Below are positions 50,401-59,532 of a DNA stretch of 64,000 bases, piece by piece. The position numbers were made by a program, and so were the translations under genes. The stretch spans positions 2,206 to 66,205 of the forward strand of contig JAGWAC010000003.1 in the NCBI GenBank assembly GCA_018302125.1, given 5' to 3'. Source of the DNA: Candidatus Woesearchaeota archaeon. Lineage in GTDB: Archaea > Nanobdellota > Nanobdellia > SCGC-AAA011-G17 > JACPIM01. Every line of letters begins with the position of its first letter. The first letter of the stretch is position 1. The notes beneath the pieces were generated by a model that did not search any database, was not told the origin of the DNA, and saw only the letters and a program-made list of their open reading frames with translations.

Positions 50401-51475
50401 AAATGTTATGCAGCAAGTCCAGGTAGCTCACGTAAGTGAAAAGAAAAAACAGGAAGTAGAAAAAATAAAAGATTTAGTTAAAAAGTTTAATGTTCTTGGA
50501 ATCCTTAATTTGGAAAATCTTCCTGCTGATCAATACATAAAAATTAAGCACAAATTACAAGGAAAAGTTCTTATAAAAACTACCAAAAAAAGATTATTAA
50601 AAATAGCCTTTTCACAATTAGAAAAAGAAAAAACAGGAATCTCAAAATTAAATGAAATGATTAAGGGTTCTCCAGCATTATTATTGACAAATGAAGATGA
50701 ATTCAAATTGCAAAAAACATTAAATAAAAACAAATCAAGCGCATTTGCAAAGCCAGGCCAGTTGGCAAATAAAGATATAGAAATATCTGCCGGCCCAACA
50801 CAATTTACACCAGGGCCAATGATTGGTGAATTTGGACAATTAGGAATTAAAACCCATGTTCTTGAAGGCAAAATACATATAAAAGAAGATAAATTATTAA
50901 TAAAAGAAGGAGAGGAAATAAATACAAAAATTGCCAGTATTCTAAGTAAATTAGGAATAGAACCAATGGAGATTGGTTTAAATCTCATATTCACTTTCAA
51001 GAATGGAGAAATTTTAACAAAAGATGTTTTGAATATAGACGAAAAAGAATTCCTTGACAGTTTAATGCTTGCACATCAAGAAGCATTTAATCTTGCAGTA
51101 AATATTTCATATCCAACTAAAGAAACTATAAATATCTTATTGAAAAAGGCACAGATTGAGGCTATGGCTTTAGAATCAAAAGTTCCAGATTTAGATTCTG
51201 TCTCACCTAAAGAATCAGAAGCTAAACCTTTTGAAGAAAGGAAAGAAATTGAAGCAAAACCAGAACCAATTCCAGAATCTAAAGAAACTCAAATAGAAAC
51301 TAAAGAGCAAGAAGAAATTATTGAAAAAAATGAACATAAAGAACCATTAAAAGAAGAACTAAAACATCATGATAAAATTGAAGTGGAAAAAGTAGATGCC
51401 AGTAATGATGAAATGCGAAAAGCAGCAGACTTACTAAGACAACTTACTGATAAAAAAATAAGGGGAGAAATATAA
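50396..51475 (+). CDS. rpl10: acidic ribosomal protein P0 (L10) with long charged C-terminal extension
   Basis: uL10/P0 N-terminal domain; ~120 aa E/K-rich tail; TTG start (ATG alternative 12 nt downstream). Confidence 0.85.
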   Translation: MKNVMQQVQVAHVSEKKKQEVEKIKDLVKKFNVLGILNLENLPADQYIKIKHKLQGKVLIKTTKKRLLKIAFSQLEKEKTGISKLNEMIKGSPALLLTNEDEFKLQKTLNKNKSSAFAKPGQLANKDIEISAGPTQFTPGPMIGEFGQLGIKTHVLEGKIHIKEDKLLIKEGEEINTKIASILSKLGIEPMEIGLNLIFTFKNGEILTKDVLNIDEKEFLDSLMLAHQEAFNLAVNISYPTKETINILLKKAQIEAMALESKVPDLDSVSPKESEAKPFEERKEIEAKPEPIPESKETQIETKEQEEIIEKNEHKEPLKEELKHHDKIEVEKVDASNDEMRKAADLLRQLTDKKIRGEI

Positions 51476-51490
51476 TCTCGGAGGTTAAAT

Positions 51491-51790
51491 ATGGAATATA
51501 TATATTCAGCTTTGCTGATTCACAAACTAGGAGCAGAATTGACTACAGACAGAGTTAAAAAAGTTGTAGACGCAGCAGGTGGCCATGCAGATGATATGAA
51601 AGCTAGGGCTTTGTTGGCAGCTTTAGATGGTGTGAACATCGATGAAGTTGTTAAGCAGGCAGCAATACCAGTTGCAGCACCAACAGTAGAAGCAAAAACA
51701 GAAGCTAAGAAAGAAGAAAAGAAATCAGCAGAAGACGAAAAGAAATCTGAAGAAGCAGCAGCCGCTGGGCTCGGTGCACTCTTCGGATAA
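51491..51790 (+). CDS. rpl12: 50S ribosomal protein L12 (P1)
   Basis: MEYIYSALLIH N-terminus, Ala-rich hinge, C-terminal GLGALFG. Confidence 0.9.
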   Translation: MEYIYSALLIHKLGAELTTDRVKKVVDAAGGHADDMKARALLAALDGVNIDEVVKQAAIPVAAPTVEAKTEAKKEEKKSAEDEKKSEEAAAAGLGALFG

Positions 51791-51795
51791 ACCTT

Positions 51796-51826
51796 AAACT
51801 GATGAATTCAGTTTATTTATTTTTAA
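51796..51826 (+). terminator. hairpin (7-bp stem AAACTGA/TCAGTTT, 5-nt loop) followed by T-rich tract after rpl12
   Basis: Perfect inverted repeat seen directly 6 nt after rpl12 stop, followed by ATTTATTTTTAAT. Confidence 0.5.
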
Positions 51827-51827
51827 T

Positions 51828-52691
51828 ATGGAGAAAGCTGACATAATTAGATTAAAGAAGGACATTAATCTACTTAGAAGTAATCTCAACAATATAAACA
51901 CAACAAAAAGAAAAAAGCTAAAAGAAATCCATGAAATAAAATCAGAAATTAGAAGCAATTTAAACAAAGTTAAAGAATTTAAAAATAAAAAATCTTTATT
52001 TCTAAATGAATTAGAAGAATTAAAAAAACAAAGAGACTTCCATAATAAAAATGTCCACGAGCATATTTCTTCCTTAAAAAATTTAAATGAAGGGAAAAAA
52101 GAGATAGAAAAAAAATTCAAAATTAAGTACAATCCTCTGGCTATTAAAGAAAAAATAGACCAGCTAGAAACCAAGATACAGACAGATGTAATTTCCTTTG
52201 ACAAAGAAAAGAAAATAATGGGGGAAATAAAAAAATTAAAAGCTGATTTTAAAAACTCTGGCTCCCTGTTTGCTATTAAAGAAAAAGAAGAAAAAATATC
52301 TAAAAATATAAAAGAAGAAAGAGAGAAGGCAGATTTATTCCATAATAACATAAGGGAAATTCTAAATTCAAATAGGGAAGAAAATAAGGAATTTAAGGAC
52401 TTGTTCAGGCAGTTGGATAAATTAAGGAAAGTTCAGGAAGAAAAACAAAAAGAACTGGATGAAATAAATAAAAATTTCGAGTTAATTGCTAATGATTTAA
52501 ATCTAAAATTAATTGAAATAGGAAAAATAAATCCTTCTTTAATTGAAAATAATAAAAAAGAGGAAAGAAAAAGAAGAGATGAAAAAATCCTTGAAGAAAA
52601 ATCCAGATTAGTTGAAGAAAAATTAAAAAATAAAGGCAAATTAACAACAGAAGACTTGATAATAATGCAGGGAAAATTAAAAGATGAATAA
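51828..52691 (+). CDS. coiled-coil protein of unknown function
   Basis: 287 aa, heptad-rich K/E/L composition throughout. Confidence 0.4.
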   Translation: MEKADIIRLKKDINLLRSNLNNINTTKRKKLKEIHEIKSEIRSNLNKVKEFKNKKSLFLNELEELKKQRDFHNKNVHEHISSLKNLNEGKKEIEKKFKIKYNPLAIKEKIDQLETKIQTDVISFDKEKKIMGEIKKLKADFKNSGSLFAIKEKEEKISKNIKEEREKADLFHNNIREILNSNREENKEFKDLFRQLDKLRKVQEEKQKELDEINKNFELIANDLNLKLIEIGKINPSLIENNKKEERKRRDEKILEEKSRLVEEKLKNKGKLTTEDLIIMQGKLKDE

Positions 52692-53136
52692 ATTATTGAT
52701 AGCAATTCTTCTTAGCTTAATGCCGATATCAGAAGTACGTGGTTCAATTCCATTTGCTTTAAAATACGGATTTAGCCCTGTTAAGGTATTTTTTATAATG
52801 AGTTTTTTTAATATTCTTGTGATTCCAATTGTTTTTTTCTTCCTAGATAATATTCATCATCATTGCTTAAAGATTTCACATTATGAGAGGTTCTTTAATT
52901 ATTATATAGAAAAAATAAGAAAAAAAGCAGAAGAAAAAATAAAGTTAAGTGGTTATTTGGCATTATTTTTTTTCGTAGCTATTCCTATCCCAACAACAGG
53001 TGCATATACTGGGACATTATTAGCTTGGTTCTTTAAATTAAATAGAAAACATTCCTTCATAACAATATCTCTCGGTGTTTTATTCAGCAGTTTAATTGTT
53101 ACCTTATTATCCCTAGGAATAATAAATTTACTTTAA
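52684..53136 (+). CDS. small membrane protein, COG2426-like (putative small multidrug export family)
   Basis: 4 TM segments; IPIPTTGAYTGTLLAWFF resembles the P-x-P-G-T-G-A-W-T-G signature of that family. Confidence 0.4.
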   Translation: MNKLLIAILLSLMPISEVRGSIPFALKYGFSPVKVFFIMSFFNILVIPIVFFFLDNIHHHCLKISHYERFFNYYIEKIRKKAEEKIKLSGYLALFFFVAIPIPTTGAYTGTLLAWFFKLNRKHSFITISLGVLFSSLIVTLLSLGIINLL

Positions 53137-53191
53137 AATAAATTATTCAAAGGGCTTTTAATCTTCTTTAAGTCAAGATTGTTTTGTAGTG

Positions 53192-53515
53192 TCAGGAGAT
53201 TATTTCGCCTAAATTAGTTACATCAAATTTTCTTGCCCAGATATCAAGATATTTGAAACACTTAATCAATTCTTTTCCTTTATTAGTTAATGAATATTCA
53301 ACTCTTGGTGGAATCTCGTTAAATCTTTTCCTTGAAACCAATTCTAATTTTTCCAATTCTTTTAATCGTTTTGATAAAGTTCTCGAACTGATATTTTTCA
53401 TCTCTCTGATTAAATCATTAAATCTTTTTGTCCCATTGTTGTGTAATTCTCTCAATATCAATAAAGTCCATTTTTTGCTAAGATATATAAAAAGATTACT
53501 ATTTGGAGGTGTAAA
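53192..53515 (-). CDS. HxlR-family winged-helix transcriptional regulator; true start uncertain (no canonical in-frame start near domain boundary)
   Basis: LSKKWTLLILRELHNNGTKRFNDLIREM...PPRVEYSLT matches HxlR/MarR-like wHTH; the upstream 50 codons of the track ORF (to 53674) are Ser/Pro/Leu-rich antisense of the CDGSH gene and look non-coding. Confidence 0.55.
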   Translation of the reverse strand, partial: FTPPNSNLFIYLSKKWTLLILRELHNNGTKRFNDLIREMKNISSRTLSKRLKELEKLELVSRKRFNEIPPRVEYSLTNKGKELIKCFKYLDIWARKFDVTNLGEIIS

Positions 53516-53516
53516 A

Positions 53517-53714
53517 ATGGCAAGACTTGTAAAACATGAAGAAAAAATGCCGATAGAAGTAAAAGTTGGTGGAGAAAGTAAATGGATTTGTATGTGTGGA
53601 TTAAGCAAAAACAAACCATTCTGTGATGGCGCGCATAAACAATGCAATGGCGAAGAAGAGAGAAAGCTGTACAAATATGAAAGTGGAAAAAGAATTGAAG
53701 TAAAACATTTTTAA
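53517..53714 (+). CDS. CDGSH-type iron-sulfur domain protein
   Basis: CMCGLSKNKPFCDGAHK exact CDGSH motif; GGAGGTG Shine-Dalgarno 6 nt upstream of ATG; TATATAAAAA box further upstream. Confidence 0.7.
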   Translation: MARLVKHEEKMPIEVKVGGESKWICMCGLSKNKPFCDGAHKQCNGEEERKLYKYESGKRIEVKHF

Positions 53715-53982
53715 TTTTTGTGGTGCCCTCTGTTAGTGACTTCTCCGAATTGTTTCGCAATTCTCGATTTTTTCTTTCAGAAAAAGAAAATTAACAGCGA
53801 CTATACTAAAAAATGCTCGGCTCGCATTTTTCCCAAATTTTACTCCGCTACGCTCCACAAAACTTAGCATAGCCTAATGTTATGCAATAGGTTCTGGAGC
53901 GCTTATAAAAACATTTATATAAACTGTTCAATTTATAACATATAAAATATCAAACAATCCAAGCAATAAAAAATTAGAAAAC

Positions 53983-54615
53983 GTGAAAAAAATTTATTCT
54001 TTTTGGGGAAGATTCCCCTCCCTTTATAGTGTACAGGATATAATCACATTTTTAGGAAGAGCAAAAACAATCAGAAGCCGAGCTGTTAGAAAGATTGGAT
54101 TAAGAAAAGGAGATAAAGTCTTAGAAGTTGCTTGTGGTTCTGGCAGAAATTTTCCTCACTTAGTTAAAGCAGTAAGCAAAGATGGTTTTATACTCGGTTT
54201 TGATTACAGCCAAGAAATGCTTAATGCTGCAAAACAATTATCCAAACAAAATAACTGGAATAATATAAAATTAGTTCAGGGCGATGCAGCACAACTTAAA
54301 ATAACAGAAAATAATTTTAATGGCGTTTTAAGTATACTCGGTATTAGTGCTATTCCTGGCTGGGAAAAAGCACTTCATAGAAGCTATAGTGTTCTTCGCC
54401 AAAGAGGGAAACTGGTTGTTTGTGATGCCCGCCTTTTTACTGGATTCCTAAAGCTTCTTAATCCTTTAGTCAAAGTAATCTATTCAAAATTTGCAGCATG
54501 GGATCCTTCCAAAAACATTCCAGAAAAAATGAAAGAGATCTTTGGGAATGTTGAAGTAGAAAATCTCAATTTGGGCACTTTTTTTATTGCTGTATCTGTT
54601 AAAAAAAGGAAGTAA
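53983..54615 (+). CDS. class I SAM-dependent methyltransferase (GTG start)
   Basis: VLEVACGSGRN motif I; acidic motif II (GFDYS). Confidence 0.75.
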   Translation: MKKIYSFWGRFPSLYSVQDIITFLGRAKTIRSRAVRKIGLRKGDKVLEVACGSGRNFPHLVKAVSKDGFILGFDYSQEMLNAAKQLSKQNNWNNIKLVQGDAAQLKITENNFNGVLSILGISAIPGWEKALHRSYSVLRQRGKLVVCDARLFTGFLKLLNPLVKVIYSKFAAWDPSKNIPEKMKEIFGNVEVENLNLGTFFIAVSVKKRK

Positions 54616-54617
54616 AT

Positions 54618-55055
54618 ATGGGGATATTAATCAAAAAAATTGTTTTAGGCAATGAAATAAGGAACATTTGGAGATTTATAACTGAACCTGAAAATTTTCC
54701 TAAATATATTTATAGTTACAACAATGGAAAAATTACCAGCCCCAATAAGACAGGGATTGGTGCAAGCTATGAATGGTATGGTAAATTAGGCCCATTTAAG
54801 CTTAAATCAACAGAAGAGACTGTTGAATGGCAGGAAAGAAAACATGTCGCTTACACTGGAAAATTATTTGGAATCAAATTTAACTCTTCAATGAGTGTCA
54901 AAGAAATAAAAAAACAAACACAGCTGACTGTTTATATTAGATATGAAGTTCCTTTATATCTCGGTGGTGTAATTACAGATCTGCTCATAATCAGAGGGAT
55001 TATAAAAGAGTATATTAAAAAATCGCTTGATAATTTAAAAGAAATATATAATTAA
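54618..55055 (+). CDS. SRPBCC (START/polyketide cyclase-like) ligand-binding domain protein
   Basis: 145 aa, beta-grip layout with NIWRFITEPENFPKY N-terminal pattern. Confidence 0.5.
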   Translation: MGILIKKIVLGNEIRNIWRFITEPENFPKYIYSYNNGKITSPNKTGIGASYEWYGKLGPFKLKSTEETVEWQERKHVAYTGKLFGIKFNSSMSVKEIKKQTQLTVYIRYEVPLYLGGVITDLLIIRGIIKEYIKKSLDNLKEIYN

Positions 55056-55120
55056 CAATTGATCATAGCTTTTCCTTTCAATTCAGTCTTCAATCACATT
55101 ATACTCCCGCTTATTTTAAA

Positions 55121-55639
55121 TTATTTTAGTTTAATAATTTTCTTCAAATACATAAAATCAGAATAAATAGGAATAGTATGAACTTTAAACTTCTTAGTCA
55201 GATAAATCCAAGTTATCACTACAAAAATTGTTGAAAAAATTTGCCAGAAAAACAGATGCAGAGTATCAAACCATCTTTTATTAAATTCAATCAAGGCAAT
55301 AGCTAGAATAAATATCCTTAAAATATTAACAGTAAATAAAATCAAGCCCCCAACTAAAAACATTTTAATTCCTTTTCTTAATTTAATATCCTTAGTCAAT
55401 AATATCAAAATAGCAAATAAAACATAAGCAGAGGCAGCTATGCATGCAGGAATAAACTCAAATTTTATATTATTTATAATAAGAAAATTTCCCAAAATTA
55501 ATGGATTATAAAAAAATAGGATCAGATAAGAAGCAAGAAAAGTAGGCAAGGTCAATAAAAAATAAACAGCATAAGTTCCAAAAATTGCAATCAATAAAGC
55601 ACTTAATAATCTTAATCCCAGATTATGCAGGTATTTCAT
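55121..55639 (-). CDS. short exosortase/archaeosortase-family-like membrane protein (candidate)
   Basis: 172 aa, 5-6 TM; PACIAASAY Cys in TM and downstream conserved Arg (LRIFILA) resemble the Cys/Arg catalytic layout of archaeosortases. Confidence 0.3.
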   Translation of the reverse strand: MKYLHNLGLRLLSALLIAIFGTYAVYFLLTLPTFLASYLILFFYNPLILGNFLIINNIKFEFIPACIAASAYVLFAILILLTKDIKLRKGIKMFLVGGLILFTVNILRIFILAIALIEFNKRWFDTLHLFFWQIFSTIFVVITWIYLTKKFKVHTIPIYSDFMYLKKIIKLK

Positions 55640-55668
55640 TAAAAAGGTTAAATTTATATAAATTTATA

Positions 55669-56229
55669 ATGGTTTCTAGAAAGATGAAAAAACCAGTTAA
55701 ATTAATGTTGATTTTATTAGTAATTTTAATAATAAGTTTCTACATAGATAAATTTATTTTGGATTTAATAAAAATATTAAGAATTGATGTTTTAAATTCT
55801 TTTTTCATTTTTTTTGCAAAATATTTTGATTATTATATTTTGGCATTGGTGATTACAATAATATCAATGTTCAAAAATAATAAAATTAAAAATTTTTTAA
55901 AGCTGTGGTCATCCTTTTTGTCAGCTGGTTTATTAGTCTATATATTAAAAATATTAGTCCAGAGGCCAAGACCTCTAATAAATTTAATAGAAGCATCAAA
56001 TTCATCCTTTCCATCAGGCCATACAACCATTATGTTTGCCTTATTTCCGATAATTTGCAAAAATTTTAAAGAAATCAGATATTTCTGGTTATTTATTTCA
56101 ATCTTAGTTGCTTTTTCAAGAATTTATTTGGGTGTCCATCACTTGTCAGATATTATGGGGGGAATTATACTTGGTTTGTTGGTGGGAATAAACATTATAA
56201 ATCTCTTTAATCACAAATTAATAAAATGA
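55669..56229 (+). CDS. PAP2-family (type 2 phosphatidic acid/polyprenyl-diphosphate) phosphatase
   Basis: KILVQRPRP, PSGH and SRIYLGVHHLSD tripartite PAP2 signature; start chosen at internal Met to avoid overlap with the minus-strand gene. Confidence 0.75.
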   Translation: MVSRKMKKPVKLMLILLVILIISFYIDKFILDLIKILRIDVLNSFFIFFAKYFDYYILALVITIISMFKNNKIKNFLKLWSSFLSAGLLVYILKILVQRPRPLINLIEASNSSFPSGHTTIMFALFPIICKNFKEIRYFWLFISILVAFSRIYLGVHHLSDIMGGIILGLLVGINIINLFNHKLIK

Positions 56230-56831
56230 TAGACAATTTGGAAGTCAAAAGAAAAATAGCTCATTTATGTACTGGCCTATTTATTGTAACCTCATACTAT
56301 TACGGAATTTTAACTCAAAAATATATTTTCTTTTTGATAATATTCTTTGGAATATTATCAATAATAAGCATGAAATTTAAATTGCCAATAGCTAATTTCT
56401 TGTTGGAAAACTTTGAAAGAAAAAAATACATAAAAAAATTCCCATTTAAGGGGATGATTTTCTTTTTAGGAGGTTCTTTATTGGCAATAAAGTTATTTCC
56501 AGAAGATATAGCTCTTGCATCCATAATAATCTTAACTTTAGGTGATTCAGTCTCATTCTTAGTTGGGCAATTTTTAGGAAAAACAAAATTAGCCTTTAAT
56601 GGCCTAAAAAAATTAGAAGGGATATTAGCTGGAATGCTTTGTGCTTTTTTAGGCTCAATTATCTTTGTAAATTTAACAGAGGGTTTTTTCGGAAGCTTGT
56701 TTGCAATGATTGTAGAAGGGGCTGGTTTAAAAATAGGAGTTTCAGATATAGACGATAATTTCATAGTTCCTTTAGTTGCAGGCACAGTTATCTATTTATT
56801 CAGGACAGGTTTTAAAGTTTTTTTGATATAA
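56226..56831 (+). CDS. CdsA/dolichol-kinase-family CTP-dependent transferase (polyprenol kinase or CDP-alcohol synthase-like)
   Basis: TLGDSVSFLVGQFLGKTKL...KLEG resembles the cytidylyltransferase-family motif GD..A...G...GK.K....SP.KT.EG; 4-ATG overlap with PAP2 gene. Confidence 0.5.
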   Translation: MIDNLEVKRKIAHLCTGLFIVTSYYYGILTQKYIFFLIIFFGILSIISMKFKLPIANFLLENFERKKYIKKFPFKGMIFFLGGSLLAIKLFPEDIALASIIILTLGDSVSFLVGQFLGKTKLAFNGLKKLEGILAGMLCAFLGSIIFVNLTEGFFGSLFAMIVEGAGLKIGVSDIDDNFIVPLVAGTVIYLFRTGFKVFLI

Positions 56832-56863
56832 ATATTTATAAATTATAAAAATTTAACAAAAAT

Positions 56864-57286
56864 ATGCTGAATGCAGAAGAAGAGGGAGAATTATTGGTTA
56901 ATATTCTTGATAAGCCTATTAAAAAAATAAACAAAGCAGCTAATGAACTGATTGCCAGATATAGGGAATGCAAAAAAGAGAATAAAAAAGAACTTGCAAT
57001 TTATGATGAAATATTTCTAAAAAATTTGCAGCAAGCTATATCTGAAAGTCTAAAAATAATTACAAGGTTGACAGGTATCAACAGAAAGAAATTAGGAGAG
57101 CCAGGGGCTAAAGGGCTGGGAATATTAGATTTACAACAATTACTTAACTCATGTAATGCTTATTTTGATGAATTAAAAAAAAGCAAAGATTTTGGAGATT
57201 CCTTAAATCTCTCAAAAGTGTTATACAAAACATTATTGCAGATGGAATTTATTTATACTGCATTAGCCATTAGAAAAAAATGGTAA
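56864..57286 (+). CDS. hypothetical protein
   Basis: 140 aa, helical, no recognised motif. Confidence 0.3.
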   Translation: MLNAEEEGELLVNILDKPIKKINKAANELIARYRECKKENKKELAIYDEIFLKNLQQAISESLKIITRLTGINRKKLGEPGAKGLGILDLQQLLNSCNAYFDELKKSKDFGDSLNLSKVLYKTLLQMEFIYTALAIRKKW

Positions 57287-57289
57287 TTT

Positions 57290-57886
57290 CTAAGATCTCT
57301 TAAAAAACCCATTTTTCAAAAACACAAGGTAAGGAACAATTATCACTAGTAAAAGTCCGCCCAAAACAAGATACTTCATAATTAGAACATCCCTTATTAT
57401 TAAATCTGAAACATTGTTGAAATAATAGCCCAAGAAAATATAAAAAGGCACAAACACCAGTACAGCTAAAAAATTAAAAAAAGCAAAAGTTCTCCATCTA
57501 ACTTTAAGCGTTCCAGCCATTAAAGGCCCTAAAAATCTTAAACCTAAAATAAATCTTAATAAAAAAATGCTTTTTCCAGTATGTTCTTTCATTGGTTTTT
57601 TCCATTTTTTTAGTCTTGTAGAAACTACTCTAGTATACATCCCGTGGAGATAATGCTTTTTTCTTATAAGGTAGTATAAAATATTGTCCCCTGTCAAAAT
57701 ACCCAAATAAGCAGCCAGAATAACTTTATCCAACTCAGCAAAACCTTTTCCAGAAAAATAACCAGCCAATAACAAAAACAATTCCTCAGGTAATGGTATT
57801 AAAGCAATAAAAGCAGTCAATAAAAATACCCCTATATATGAAAACTCATTAATATAGTTTAAAATAAATGATTGTATGTCTATCAT
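57290..57886 (-). CDS. DedA/SNARE-associated (VTT domain) membrane protein
   Basis: LIPLPEELFLLLAGYFSGKG matches DedA signature. Confidence 0.7.
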   Translation of the reverse strand: MIDIQSFILNYINEFSYIGVFLLTAFIALIPLPEELFLLLAGYFSGKGFAELDKVILAAYLGILTGDNILYYLIRKKHYLHGMYTRVVSTRLKKWKKPMKEHTGKSIFLLRFILGLRFLGPLMAGTLKVRWRTFAFFNFLAVLVFVPFYIFLGYYFNNVSDLIIRDVLIMKYLVLGGLLLVIIVPYLVFLKNGFFKRS

Positions 57887-59532
57887 CTGTGTAGAAAATA
57901 AAATATTAATTTATTTTTTTCTTTTTTATCTAATTTAGCAAAAAATTTCCTTTGAAATTGTACTATTTCATTTATTTTTACCTTGTTTAAGTCTTTCTCC
58001 CCTAATCCCTTTATAACAGAAGCATCATCCATTATAATTTCAATATTAACTAAATCTTTAGAAACAGGCAGCCAGTGAATTAATTTTGCATTCAGTGCTT
58101 TATTCAATTCAACAGAATGAAATTCATTGTCCTTGAAATTAAACAAGTGCATAATCCTGTAATATTTTCCTTTTTCAAAATTCTCTTCAATATAAAATTC
58201 ATCTTTAGTTTCAAAATTCCTAAATCCTTTCTTTGGAAAATCAGGATGTAATTCAATTTTTGTCTTTAAAGTTGGGGCTTTTTTTATATTGATTTTTTTG
58301 GGATTTTCAACAAAAAAATACCTATTGCTATCTTTGTCTATAATCTCTCTGTTAAAAGCACCTAATGTATCTAAAGAAACATGAATATCGCTCTTTCCTA
58401 ATCCAATCTCCCTGTGAAATCTCAAAATAGCTTCTGCTTTAAATCCTCTTTTTCTTAATGATTGAATTGTTCCTAATCTTGGATCATCCCATCCCAATAA
58501 TTTTCCTTCTTTTATTAATTTTTTAGTTTGTGACGTGCTTTTAATTCCTTTAACTAATAATTTTCCATGATACATTGTCTTTGGATAAATCCAGTTAAAA
58601 TATTTGTAAATATATCCTTGCCTGTCGTCAGAAACTCTTAAATCAATCCCTCTCAATATATGGGTAACTTCTAATTCATGATCATCAATAGCAGAAGCAA
58701 AATTCAATAAAGGCCACACTTTTGATTTCTTGTCTAATGGATGTTTTGATTTATCAACAATCCTGAAAGCAGGCCAGTCTCTTAATGCAGGATTTGGAGC
58801 ATCAATATCAGTCTTAATTCTTAAAACAGCTTCTCCTTCTTTGTATTTTGTAAACATCCCCCTCCATCTTTCTAATTGCTCTTGTGCAGGTAAAGATCGG
58901 CATTTACAGGAAATAGACTTCCATATTAATTTTCTCCATTCTTCAACATCGCAAGTGCAAACATAAGCCTTGTCATCCTTAACTAATTTCTCAGCATATT
59001 TATAATAAATCTTCAGTCTTTTTGATTGTATAATTACTTTATCTGGTTTTATTCCTAAAAAATTTAAATCTTCTTGAATCCATTTGTAAGCCTCCTTCAT
59101 CGGAACTTTTATTTTTGGATCAGTATCATCTGCTCGAAGCAAGAATTTACCTTTATATTTTTGAACAAGAGCATAGTTCCAATAAGCTGGCCTCGTTCTT
59201 CCAAGAGATAAAGGTCCATTCGGGTTTGGAGCAAAACGCATTACAACATTACCTATTTTTGCCTCTTCTAATTCAGGTAATTTATCTTCTTTTTTCTTTG
59301 GTTTTTCTATTTCAAAATCAAATTTATTCAATTCTTTTTTTTGCTCTTCTAAAGGCAAAGAATTAATTTCCTTAATTAATGAAGAAATCTTGAATGATAA
59401 CTCCTTTATGTCTTTTTTCAAATCTGGGTCTTCTTGTAAAACTTTTCCTAAAATAGCACCTAAATTGGCTTTTCCTTGATATTTTACTGCGTTAGATAAT
59501 ATATAAAATCTTATTTTTTCATTAGTAATCAT
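57883..59532 (-). CDS. gltX: glutamyl-tRNA synthetase, archaeal/eukaryotic type, with atypical HIGH region
   Basis: N-terminal helical domain, RFAPNPNGPL, RADDTDP, anticodon-binding C-terminal beta-barrels; the HIGH position reads SLGR. Confidence 0.8.
   Translation of the reverse strand: MITNEKIRFYILSNAVKYQGKANLGAILGKVLQEDPDLKKDIKELSFKISSLIKEINSLPLEEQKKELNKFDFEIEKPKKKEDKLPELEEAKIGNVVMRFAPNPNGPLSLGRTRPAYWNYALVQKYKGKFLLRADDTDPKIKVPMKEAYKWIQEDLNFLGIKPDKVIIQSKRLKIYYKYAEKLVKDDKAYVCTCDVEEWRKLIWKSISCKCRSLPAQEQLERWRGMFTKYKEGEAVLRIKTDIDAPNPALRDWPAFRIVDKSKHPLDKKSKVWPLLNFASAIDDHELEVTHILRGIDLRVSDDRQGYIYKYFNWIYPKTMYHGKLLVKGIKSTSQTKKLIKEGKLLGWDDPRLGTIQSLRKRGFKAEAILRFHREIGLGKSDIHVSLDTLGAFNREIIDKDSNRYFFVENPKKINIKKAPTLKTKIELHPDFPKKGFRNFETKDEFYIEENFEKGKYYRIMHLFNFKDNEFHSVELNKALNAKLIHWLPVSKDLVNIEIIMDDASVIKGLGEKDLNKVKINEIVQFQRKFFAKLDKKEKNKLIFYFLHR

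Noticed and set aside
53253-53516. N-terminal 88 codons of track ORF 53253..53714
   Set aside because: Only the C-terminal 65 codons (from ATG 53517, with Shine-Dalgarno) carry the CDGSH domain; the upstream part is antisense of the HxlR gene.
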